Assembly (NCBI GenBank): GCA_965217735.1
Contig: CBDCJE010000001.1
Span: forward strand, 149,313-213,312
Source: Chthoniobacterales bacterium
GTDB lineage: Bacteria; Verrucomicrobiota; Verrucomicrobiia; Chthoniobacterales; UBA10450
DNA: 64,000 nucleotides
Reading direction: 5' to 3'
Shown: piece by piece, positions 28,475 to 36,105 of the stretch
How the letters are laid out: every line of letters begins with the position of its first letter
How positions within the stretch are numbered: position 1 is the first letter of the stretch
The notes under the pieces: model-generated
The model's database searches: none
The model's input: only the letters and a program-made list of their open reading frames with translations
What the model was told of the DNA's origin: nothing
Made by a program: the position numbers and the translations under genes

Positions 28475-30238
28475 ATGTTTGCCGTCCGTTTATCTTTTTG
28501 CACTCTACTTTCCCTGCTCGCGATCTCGTTAGGCCAGGCCCTGCAGGCTGCACCAGTCGTCTCCGGGCAGATCGCCGATCAGACTCTCTATCGCGCCGCC
28601 CCGGCGAAAGAGATCGACCTCACGACGAAATTTAACGACCCCGCCCTCCCGGCCAACACCGTCCGCATGACGGTCGTCGCCGGGAGCAACGACGCGGAGC
28701 TGGGCGACATCGACGTCACCCTCGAAGACCAGAAGACGCCGATCACAGTCGACAATTTCCTCCGCTATATCGACAGCGGCGCCTATCTGCCGCCGGATCC
28801 GAATTTTGACATCACCGCTCCCGTGTTTTTCCATCGTTCGGTGGCGAATTTCGTCATCCAGAGCGGCGGCTTCATCGCAGCCAAGGATCCGATCAGCCCG
28901 CCCGACCTCGCGCCCGGGCCGGTCACCACCTTTAGCCCGATCCCGAACGAAGCGCGGCCCGATCTGCACAACGTGCGCGGAACGATCGCGATGGCGAAAC
29001 TTGCCGACGACCCCGACAGCGCCACCAGCCAATGGTTCATCAACCTGGCCGACAACAGCGAAAATCTCGATAACCAAAACGAAGGCTTCACTGTTTTCGG
29101 GACCATTTCCGACGCCGGAATGGAAACAGCCGACGCCGTCGCCGCGGTTCCCGTGTTTAACGCTGGCGGGCTCTACGGGAGCGCATTCACCAACCTGCCG
29201 CTGCAGGATTACTCGAGCAGCGAAATCCCGGAAGTCGATAACACGGTCAAGATCACCAGGTTCGTCCGCCCGCTCCGTTTCACCGCCACCAGCGATCATC
29301 CCAATCTCGCGAAAGTCAGTGTGATCTCGAACGACCTCTTCGTGCAGGGACTCGGCACTGGCACCGCCACCGTCACGGTGACTGCGACCGATTCGAACGG
29401 CGCGGCCGCCACGCAATCCTTTGAGGTCACGATCGAGACTCCGCCGGTGCACGCGGCCAACATTTCCACCCGGCTCGAAGTGGGCACCGACGACGATGCG
29501 CTCATCGGCGGCTTCATCGTGCGCGGCAACACCCCGAAGCGACTCATCATCCGCGCCGTCGGGCCGTCTCTCGCGCCCGACGTGAGCAATCCGTTGAGCG
29601 ATCCCACGCTTGAATTGCACAATGCCAGCGGCGCCATCATCGCTTCGAACGACAATTGGGAAACCGCGCCGAACAAGCGCGACATCATGAACAGCGGCCT
29701 GGCCCCGACCGACCCGGCCGAAGCAGCCATCCTCACCACCGTGCCCGCGACCAGCAACGGCTCGGCCTACACCGCCGTCATCCACAACGCGGCCGGCACC
29801 AGCGGCATCGGCCTGGTCGAGGTTTATGATCTCGATAGCGGTCCCGGGGCCAGCGTTCTGAACATCTCCACCCGCGGCAATGTGCAGACGGGAGAGAAGG
29901 TCATGATCGGCGGTTTCATTATCTCGGGCGAAGGCTCGCAGCAGGTCCTGGTGCGCGCGCTCGGGCCCTCGCTGGCCGGCGCTGGCGTGGCCGATCCCTT
30001 GGCTAATCCGACGCTCTCGCTGGTCAACAGCCAGGGCACGCAGATCGATTTCAACGATGACTGGCAGAACAGCCCGGACGCCGAAGCGATCGAGGCCACC
30101 ACCATTCCGCCGACCGATCCGAAAGAATCAGCCGTCCTGCAAACGCTCCAACCCGGCGGCTACACCGCGATCGTGAACGGAGCCAACGGCGGCACCGGCA
30201 CAGGCCTGGTAGAAGTCTACGTCCTGCAAAGTCTGTAA
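28475..30238 (+). CDS. Secreted cyclophilin-type peptidyl-prolyl isomerase fused to an Ig-like domain and two copies of an unnamed ~125-aa C-terminal module
   Basis: 587 aa. Signal peptide. Cyclophilin blocks FHRSVANFVIQSGGF, GTIAMAKL, SQWFINL, FTVFG. Big_2-like TGTATVTVTATDSNG. Tandem modules at about 29459-29836 and 29861-30235. Confidence 0.85.
   Translation: MFAVRLSFCTLLSLLAISLGQALQAAPVVSGQIADQTLYRAAPAKEIDLTTKFNDPALPANTVRMTVVAGSNDAELGDIDVTLEDQKTPITVDNFLRYIDSGAYLPPDPNFDITAPVFFHRSVANFVIQSGGFIAAKDPISPPDLAPGPVTTFSPIPNEARPDLHNVRGTIAMAKLADDPDSATSQWFINLADNSENLDNQNEGFTVFGTISDAGMETADAVAAVPVFNAGGLYGSAFTNLPLQDYSSSEIPEVDNTVKITRFVRPLRFTATSDHPNLAKVSVISNDLFVQGLGTGTATVTVTATDSNGAAATQSFEVTIETPPVHAANISTRLEVGTDDDALIGGFIVRGNTPKRLIIRAVGPSLAPDVSNPLSDPTLELHNASGAIIASNDNWETAPNKRDIMNSGLAPTDPAEAAILTTVPATSNGSAYTAVIHNAAGTSGIGLVEVYDLDSGPGASVLNISTRGNVQTGEKVMIGGFIISGEGSQQVLVRALGPSLAGAGVADPLANPTLSLVNSQGTQIDFNDDWQNSPDAEAIEATTIPPTDPKESAVLQTLQPGGYTAIVNGANGGTGTGLVEVYVLQSL
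28526..28534 (+). repeat. TCGTTAGGC 9-mer, exact copy
   Basis: In the cyclophilin fusion gene signal peptide, Ser-Leu-Gly. Confidence 0.95.
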
Positions 30239-30297
30239 GGGCTTCCCAGGCTGAGTCGCACGGGAGGCGCTGTAAACAGTGCCGAAACTGCCGTCGC

Positions 30298-31065
30298 CTA
30301 TTCGTTAGGCACAGCGGCCTGCACGATCTGGGCAAAGCTGCGCGGGTCGAGACTCGCGCCGCCGACCAGCGCCCCGTCGATATCCGGCTGCGAGAGGAGG
30401 GTGCGGGCGTTATCCGGCTTTACACTCCCGCCGTACTGGATCCGGATTTTCTCCGCGGTCGCTTCGTCCGAGATCTCGCGCAGGCATTGGCGAATGAAAG
30501 CGTGCGCTTCCTGCGCCTGCTCGGCGCTGGCCGTTTTGCCGGTGCCGATGGCCCAGACCGGCTCGTAGGCGATGACGGTCTCGAGCAATTCCTTCGCTTC
30601 GACATCGGCCAGGCTGCCGCGTAGTTGCGCGGAGAGAACTTTTTTGACTTCGCCCTTTTCGCGCTGGGCCAGCGTCTCGCCCACGCAGAGGATCGGCCGC
30701 AACATCTCCTCCAGCGCCGCCCGCACCTTGCGGTTGACGATTTCATCCGTCTCGCCAAACATCGCTCGCCGTTCGCTGTGCCCGAGGACGACATACCGAA
30801 CGAAAAGCTCGCGCAACATCGCCGGGCTGATCTCGCCGGTGTAGGCGCCACTCCGCTCCCAGTGCATGTTCTGCGCGCCCACCTTGATGCTCTGCGCCTG
30901 GGTCAGCAGCTCCGTCACTTTCGGGATGGCGGTGAAAGGCGGCACGATCACGATCTCGACTTCATCGAGGCCGTTGATCTCGCGCAGGAAGGTGGTGATG
31001 AAGGCTTCCGACTCGCTCTGAGTCATGTGCATCTTCCAATTCGCGGCGATGATTTTCTTTCTCAT
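30298..31065 (-). CDS. tpiA: Triosephosphate isomerase
   Basis: 255 aa. IAANWKMH, VVLGHSERR, YEPVWAIGTG, YGGSVKP. Confidence 0.95.
   Translation of the reverse strand: MRKKIIAANWKMHMTQSESEAFITTFLREINGLDEVEIVIVPPFTAIPKVTELLTQAQSIKVGAQNMHWERSGAYTGEISPAMLRELFVRYVVLGHSERRAMFGETDEIVNRKVRAALEEMLRPILCVGETLAQREKGEVKKVLSAQLRGSLADVEAKELLETVIAYEPVWAIGTGKTASAEQAQEAHAFIRQCLREISDEATAEKIRIQYGGSVKPDNARTLLSQPDIDGALVGGASLDPRSFAQIVQAAVPNE
30302..30310 (+). repeat. TCGTTAGGC 9-mer, exact copy
   Basis: Last three sense codons of tpiA (CCT AAC GAA, then TAG). Confidence 0.95.
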
Positions 31066-31073
31066 GAAATTTT

Positions 31074-32285
31074 TTACTTCTCGGTCAACGCCGCCACGCC
31101 CGGCAGCTCCTTGCCCTCGATCAATTCGAGCGAGGCCCCGCCGCCGGTGGAGATGAAAGTCATCTTATCGCCCAAGCCGGATGCATTCACCGCCGTGACC
31201 GAATCGCCCCCACCGATGATGGTGGTGGCATCCGCCTCCGCCAGCGCTTCGGCGATCGCTTCCGTCCCGGCGGAGAACTCGCGGATCTCGAAAATCCCGG
31301 GCGGGCCGTTCCAGAGAATGGTTTTGGCCTTCGCGATTTCGGCTTTGAAAAGAGTGATCGTTTCCGGGCCGATGTCGACCGCGATCCAGCCGTTAGGCAC
31401 ATCGTAGTCGTGTGAAACCCGGCCGCTGTGGCGGGTGGCAGCGCCCGGCTTGATTTCTTCCGCGCCTAACAAATCGATCGGCAGGAGCAGGCGGACGTTT
31501 TTCTCTTTCGCCAGCGCGATCAGTTCCTGGGCCAGGCCGAGCTTATCCTTTTCCACCCGGCTGCTGCCCATGTGCACGCCCTCAGATTCGAGGAAAGTAT
31601 TGGCCATCGCGCCGCAGATCAAAATGGTGTCGGCCTTCTCCATCAGCGCCTTGATCACGCCGATTTTATCGGAAACCTTCGAGCCGCCGAGGATGACGAG
31701 GAACGGCTTGGCCGGGTTGGCCAGTTCTTCGTGCAAATATTTGAGTTCCTTTTCCATCAGGAATCCCATGGCCGATTGTTGCACGAACTTGGTCACGCCG
31801 GCGGTCGAGGCGTGCGCCCGATGGGCGGCGCCGAAAGCATCGTTGACGTAGATCCCGTCGCTCAAGGCGGCGAGCGATTCGGCAAACTTGGGGTCGTTCG
31901 CTTCTTCCCCAGCGTAGAAACGGACGTTTTCGAGCAGAGTGACGTCGCCTTCTTTCATGTCCGCGACGATTTTCTCAGCGTCGGCCCCCATGCAATCGTG
32001 GCTGAAAGCGACCGGGTGATCGATCATGTGATGCAGCGCCATGCCGATGGGTCGGAGCGAATATTTCTCCACCGGCTGCCCTTTCGGCCGCCCAAAATGC
32101 GCCATCAGGATTGTCTTGGCGCCGTGCTCGCGCAGGTAATTGATCGTCGGCAGCGACTCGCGCATCCGGGTTTCATCGGTGATCACGACCTGCCCGTCGC
32201 GTTCTTCAATTGGGACGTTGAAATCGACCCGGACCAGGACTCGTTTCCCGCGCACTTCCAGATCGCGGATGGTTAATTTGCTCAT
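31074..32285 (-). CDS. pgk: Phosphoglycerate kinase
   Basis: ORF 31074..32507 trimmed to ATG 32285 (MSKLTIRDLEVRGKRVLVRVDFNVP...). 403 aa. GGGDS and STGGGASLE blocks. Confidence 0.95.
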   Translation of the reverse strand: MSKLTIRDLEVRGKRVLVRVDFNVPIEERDGQVVITDETRMRESLPTINYLREHGAKTILMAHFGRPKGQPVEKYSLRPIGMALHHMIDHPVAFSHDCMGADAEKIVADMKEGDVTLLENVRFYAGEEANDPKFAESLAALSDGIYVNDAFGAAHRAHASTAGVTKFVQQSAMGFLMEKELKYLHEELANPAKPFLVILGGSKVSDKIGVIKALMEKADTILICGAMANTFLESEGVHMGSSRVEKDKLGLAQELIALAKEKNVRLLLPIDLLGAEEIKPGAATRHSGRVSHDYDVPNGWIAVDIGPETITLFKAEIAKAKTILWNGPPGIFEIREFSAGTEAIAEALAEADATTIIGGGDSVTAVNASGLGDKMTFISTGGGASLELIEGKELPGVAALTEK

Positions 32286-32734
32286 TCTCCAGCTCCTTCC
32301 TCGTAAACGTGCTCGTGCTCCTGCTCGTGCTCGAGCGGCGCAGAATAAACTCCTTCGTCCTCGCGCAAAAAATCCGCCCGCCCGGAAAACTTCCGCAACA
32401 TTCCCATAAGCATCTGCACAATTCGGCTGAGTTGTTCTTTGGCAGGCGAGACGCGTTCTTCCGCGATCAATCCCCTTACGACCAACGCATCGAGACAAGC
32501 CGCACACTCCAGGGCCGAGCCTCTCGCGATCTCAAGAAATCTCGCCCGATCCCGGCCCGAGAACTTGCCGTTCCCTTCCGCGATATTGAGCGGGATGCTG
32601 GTCGAAGCACGGTCAAGTTGGTCTTTGACCGCCGCCCGTGCGTTGATCCCAACGCGGATCTCGCCAGCCCAGCCGCAGAAGGCGATGGCTTCGCGATAAA
32701 CGTCCAATTTTTCGTGGTCGAAGAAAACTTTCAT
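32282..32734 (-). CDS. Four-helix-bundle protein (23S rRNA intervening-sequence protein / Avd-like family) with acidic His-rich tail
   Basis: 150 aa. KLDVYREAIAF...LDRASTSIPLNIAEGNGKFSGRDRARFLEIARGSALECAACLD is the family signature. Tail EHEQEHEHVYEE. Its TGA overlaps the pgk ATG (ATGA). Confidence 0.8.
   Translation of the reverse strand: MKVFFDHEKLDVYREAIAFCGWAGEIRVGINARAAVKDQLDRASTSIPLNIAEGNGKFSGRDRARFLEIARGSALECAACLDALVVRGLIAEERVSPAKEQLSRIVQMLMGMLRKFSGRADFLREDEGVYSAPLEHEQEHEHVYEEGAGE
32309..32335 (+). repeat. 27-nt inverted-repeat arm (3' end of the four-helix-bundle gene)
   Basis: GTGCTCGTGCTCCTGCTCGTGCTCGAG. 24/27 identical to the reverse complement of 32746-32772. Confidence 0.6.
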
Positions 32735-32745
32735 GCCTCAGAGAA

Positions 32746-32772
32746 CTCGATCACGAGCAGGAGCACGATGAC
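32746..32772 (-). repeat. 27-nt inverted-repeat arm (between the gap stop and the four-helix-bundle start)
   Basis: Minus-strand reading GTCATCGTGCTCCTGCTCGTGATCGAG. Partner of 32309-32335. Confidence 0.6.
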
Positions 32773-32775
32773 GAA

Positions 32776-33774
32776 CTAACCGACCAGCATCTCCAGCATC
32801 TGCACGCAACGATTGCTATAACCCCACTCGTTGTCGTACCACCCCACCACCTTGACGAATTTCCCCTGCGCCATGGTCAACAGGCTGTCGAAGATGCAGG
32901 AATGCGGGTTGCCCACGATGTCATGCGAGACCAGCGGCTCGTCGGTGTACTCCAGCACGCCTTTGTAGCTGGCGTCGCCGGCGGCTTTTTTGAAAGCCGC
33001 ATTGATCGCTTCCGCAGTGGTTTCTTTCTCCAGGATGGCGGTGAAATCAGTCACTGATCCATCCGGGGTCGGGACGCGGAAAGCGCCGCCGTTGAGCTTG
33101 CCTTTCAACGCCGGCAACACTTCGCCGATCGCTTTCGCCGCCCCCGTGCTCGAGGGGATGATGCTGACCGCGGCCGCGCGCGCCCGGCGCAGATCCTTGT
33201 GCGGCAGATCGAGAATGCTCTGGTCGTTGGTGTAGCTGTGAATCGTGCTCATGAAGCCGTTCACGATGGTGAAATTGTCCTGCAACACCTTGGCCAGCGG
33301 AGCCAGGCAGTTGGTCGTGCAGCTGGCGTTGGAGACGATGTTCATCTTGGCCGCGTCGTAAATGTCGTCGTTGATCCCGAGACAGATGGTCGCGTCCGGG
33401 TCTTTCGCCGGGGCGCTGATCAGCACTTTTTTCGCTCCACCCTGGGTGATGTGCAGCTCGGCTTTCCCGCGTTCGGTAAAGAAGCCGGTCGACTCGAGGA
33501 CCACGTCCACGCCCAGATCTTTCCAGGGCAATTTAGCCGGGTCGCGCTCTTTCATGATCCTGATCTTGTGCCCGCGCACGATGATGTTCTCGTCGTCGTA
33601 GCCGAGCTCGCCGTCGAATTTTCCATGGACCGAATCCCACTTCAGGAGATGCGCGAGAGTGTGGGTGTCGGTCAGATCGTTGATCCCGCGGACCTGCGCG
33701 ACCTGATCCGGGGACATGGCGCGCAAGACATTGCGCCCGATGCGGCCGAAGCCGTTGATGCCGATATTAGCCAT
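32776..33774 (-). CDS. gap: Glyceraldehyde-3-phosphate dehydrogenase
   Basis: ORF 32776..33987 trimmed to ATG 33774 (MANIGINGFGRIGRNVLRA...). Active site SNASCTTNCLAP. 332 aa. Confidence 0.95.
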   Translation of the reverse strand: MANIGINGFGRIGRNVLRAMSPDQVAQVRGINDLTDTHTLAHLLKWDSVHGKFDGELGYDDENIIVRGHKIRIMKERDPAKLPWKDLGVDVVLESTGFFTERGKAELHITQGGAKKVLISAPAKDPDATICLGINDDIYDAAKMNIVSNASCTTNCLAPLAKVLQDNFTIVNGFMSTIHSYTNDQSILDLPHKDLRRARAAAVSIIPSSTGAAKAIGEVLPALKGKLNGGAFRVPTPDGSVTDFTAILEKETTAEAINAAFKKAAGDASYKGVLEYTDEPLVSHDIVGNPHSCIFDSLLTMAQGKFVKVVGWYDNEWGYSNRCVQMLEMLVG

Positions 33775-33865
33775 AGAAAAAAGAGGTAAGTGGTTGGTTG
33801 AGTTAACGAGCCGCGGGATGGCGCGGGCCTTATCATTAGATCGCGGCGAAAGCGGAGGCAAGTAG

Positions 33866-34552
33866 ATGAACAAAACTGCCCGCCGCACGGTCAAAGAACG
33901 GCTCATGCAAACGCTCATCCCTCTGCTCTGCCTCGGTCTCCTCGCCACCAGCGCGCCGGCCAAAGGCGCATCCCGCGGGAGCTCCACTCACCTCCGCACC
34001 GTGCTCGTGCTGGGCGACAGCATCTCGGCCGGTTACGGGTTGCGCCGCTCCGATGCCTACCCGGCTCTCCTTTCCGAAAAAGCGGCCGCCGCCGGGCTGC
34101 CGGTGCAGGTGATTAATGCCGGCGTCAGCGGCGACACTACCACCGGCGGCTTGCGCCGGCTGCCCGATCTCCTGCGGCGGAACAACCTCGACGCCCTCGT
34201 GATCGAGCTCGGGATTAATGATGCTTTCCGCGGTGTGCCGGTGGCCCAGATCGAAAGCAATCTGCAAAAGATCATCGACCAAACCCGGAGGCGTTTTTCA
34301 AAGGTGCAGATCGTCATCGCCGGGATGCAGGTGCCGGATTATTCCGCGGGAGATTACCTGACCGCGTTTGGCCAGATGTATGCCGAGCTGGCGCGGCGCA
34401 ATCAGGCCGCCTTTGTCCCTTTTCTGCTCCAGGGCGTGGTCGGTCAGCCCGGGCTCAATCTGGCCGATCGGATCCATCCCAATGCCGCCGGACAAAAAAT
34501 CCTCGCGAGCAACGTCTGGCCGGTGCTGGAGAGCGTGTTGAAGAAAAGTTAG
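33866..34552 (+). CDS. SGNH/GDSL hydrolase (TesA-like arylesterase/lysophospholipase), secreted
   Basis: 228 aa. Signal peptide. Block I VLGDSISAGYG, block III GINDAF, C-terminal DRIHPN. Confidence 0.85.
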   Translation: MNKTARRTVKERLMQTLIPLLCLGLLATSAPAKGASRGSSTHLRTVLVLGDSISAGYGLRRSDAYPALLSEKAAAAGLPVQVINAGVSGDTTTGGLRRLPDLLRRNNLDALVIELGINDAFRGVPVAQIESNLQKIIDQTRRRFSKVQIVIAGMQVPDYSAGDYLTAFGQMYAELARRNQAAFVPFLLQGVVGQPGLNLADRIHPNAAGQKILASNVWPVLESVLKKS

Positions 34553-34564
34553 CCACCGCAACCT

Positions 34565-34591
34565 CGTCATCGTGCTCATGCTCGCGATCGA
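34565..34591 (+). repeat. Solitary third copy of the 27-nt repeat seen around the four-helix-bundle gene
   Basis: GTCATCGTGCTCATGCTCGCGATCGAT. 24/27 identical to the minus-strand reading of 32746-32772. Intergenic, 87 nt upstream of the HMA-like gene. Confidence 0.5.
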
Positions 34592-34677
34592 TTCTCCCGA
34601 CCCGATGACGAATGCGAGGACGACGGAGGATGAAGGTGCGACCCACGCAGCGGGCGCATGAGTCGCGAAGATAAGAC

Positions 34678-34938
34678 ATGGATCCAGCCGACCCGCATAA
34701 TCTTCACGACACCGCCGACAAACCGGTGCTCGAACGCATCGACATCGCCACCGAAGGCAACGACTGCGACGAATGTGTGCGCGCGTTGCGCGAGCCGCTG
34801 ATGAAAATCGAAGGCGTGAAAGAAGTGATCGCCGACCCGAAAAGCGAGAATGTCTGGATCACCTTCGACGCCCGCAAGACGCATGCGCCGGCCCTGCACG
34901 ACGCCATCCTCAAAAGCGGCTACAAGCCCGCCCCATAG
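34678..34938 (+). CDS. Small heavy-metal-associated (HMA)-like domain protein
   Basis: 86 aa. CDEC metal-binding-type CxxC followed by a ferredoxin-like pattern (IEGVKEVIADPKSENVWITFD...HDAILKSGY). Confidence 0.6.
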   Translation: MDPADPHNLHDTADKPVLERIDIATEGNDCDECVRALREPLMKIEGVKEVIADPKSENVWITFDARKTHAPALHDAILKSGYKPAP

Positions 34939-34994
34939 TAGCGCAAGCTTCCAGCTTGCTCGTTCTCTCGACTGCAAGCTGAAAGCTTGCGCTA
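34938..34994. terminator. Long hairpin at a convergent gene junction (HMA gene / aguA)
   Basis: Arms TAGCGCAAGCTTCCAGCTTGC (34938-34958) and GCAAGCTGAAAGCTTGCGCTA (34974-34994), 20/21 complementary. The right arm contains the aguA TAG stop. Confidence 0.55.
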
Positions 34995-36029
34995 GCCTGG
35001 CTGCTGCTGGGTCAGGCAGTGAAATGCGCCCAGCCCCCAGATCAGCTCGCGGCAGTCGATCGGGACAATTTTCCGGCTCGGGAACGCCCGCTGCAAAACC
35101 TCCACCGCTGCTCCATCGCCCGGATCGGCGAACGTCGGCAGGAGCACGCTCGTGTTGGCGACGTAATAGTTGGCATAACTGGCCGGCAGACGCAGCCCCT
35201 CCCGCACGATCTTTCGCGGCATCGGCAAGGCGGTGATTTCGAGCGATTCCCCCCCAATCGCTAGGCCACGCAGGCGTTCCAGATTGGCTTGGAGCGGCGC
35301 GTAATTCGTGTCCGATTCGTCCTCTTCCAACACCGTCACTACCGCGCGTTCGCCGATGAAGCGGGTCAGATCATCAATGTGCCCATCGGTATCGTCCCCT
35401 TCAATCCCGTCGCCCAACCAGAGGATCTCGCTCACCCCGAGATAATCGCGCAGCCGCTGCTCGATCTCTTCCTTGCTCAACTGCGGATTGCGATTCGGGT
35501 TGAGCAGACAACTCTCGCTCGTCAGCAGCGCGCCGGCTCCGTTCACCTCGATCGAGCCACCCTCTAAAATCATGCGCGGATAATAAACCGGCAGCCCGAG
35601 CTTCTCGGCGATGCGGGTCGGCACCACTTCATCGAGATCGCAGGGCGGATACTTCCCGCCCCAGGCGTTGTAATCCCAATCCACGATCGCCAATCGCGGC
35701 TCCTCCGCCCGGGTCAGAAAAATCGGCCCATGATCCCGGCACCACGGCTCGTTCGTTGGGATGAGATGGAAGGTCAGCGCCTCCCCGGCCAGCCCGTCGA
35801 GCGCGGCGCGCGCCTCCGCCTCATGCGCGCCATTGCAGACGTTGATATTAACCGGCTCGGACTCGAGCAGCGCCGCCACCATTGCACGCAGGGTCGGCAC
35901 CACCCGATCGTAGGACCCAGGAAAACTGATCCCTTCCCGGCGCGGCCAGGAAAGCCAGGTGGCGGCGTGCGGTTCCCATTCGGCCGGCATGCGATAACCG
36001 AGCTGTGTCGGCGTTTTTTCGTTAGGCAT
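34992..36029 (-). CDS. aguA: Agmatine deiminase (peptidyl-arginine deiminase, Porphyromonas type)
   Basis: 345 aa. GYRMPAEWEPHAATWLSWP, WCRDHGPIF, DGHIDDL. C-terminal GAFHCLTQQ catalytic Cys block. Confidence 0.85.
   Translation of the reverse strand: MPNEKTPTQLGYRMPAEWEPHAATWLSWPRREGISFPGSYDRVVPTLRAMVAALLESEPVNINVCNGAHEAEARAALDGLAGEALTFHLIPTNEPWCRDHGPIFLTRAEEPRLAIVDWDYNAWGGKYPPCDLDEVVPTRIAEKLGLPVYYPRMILEGGSIEVNGAGALLTSESCLLNPNRNPQLSKEEIEQRLRDYLGVSEILWLGDGIEGDDTDGHIDDLTRFIGERAVVTVLEEDESDTNYAPLQANLERLRGLAIGGESLEITALPMPRKIVREGLRLPASYANYYVANTSVLLPTFADPGDGAAVEVLQRAFPSRKIVPIDCRELIWGLGAFHCLTQQQPG
36019..36027 (+). repeat. TCGTTAGGC 9-mer, exact copy
   Basis: Codons 2-4 of aguA (ATG CCT AAC GAA). 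Confidence 0.95.
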
Positions 36030-36105
36030 AAAAATCGTTCCTCCTGCTCCTGCTCCTGATCGTGCTCTTCTGCATCTGAAAAAACGAGGAGCAGGAAAAG
36101 GAGCG

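Noticed and set aside
22669-28525. Stretches without exact 9-mer copies (4008-7111, 22669-28525, 31473-36018, 46998-52205, 55159-62404), considered as possible horizontally acquired islands.
   Set aside because: With a mean spacing of about 2 kb for exact copies, gaps of 3-7 kb are expected a few times by chance among 31 sites. Several of the gaps contain core genes (ptsN, gap, sucA). This is not significant within one window.
31074-32507. N-terminal extensions offered by the ORF track for pgk, gap, PBP1A, efp, ptsN, sucA, the LolA-like gene, the ATP-grasp gene and others.
   Set aside because: The extensions are Arg/Ala-rich and non-conserved in appearance, and they overlap upstream genes or spacers. 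Canonical N-termini (MSKLTIRDL, MANIGINGFGRIG, MAAANDLRKG and others) begin at internal ATG codons.
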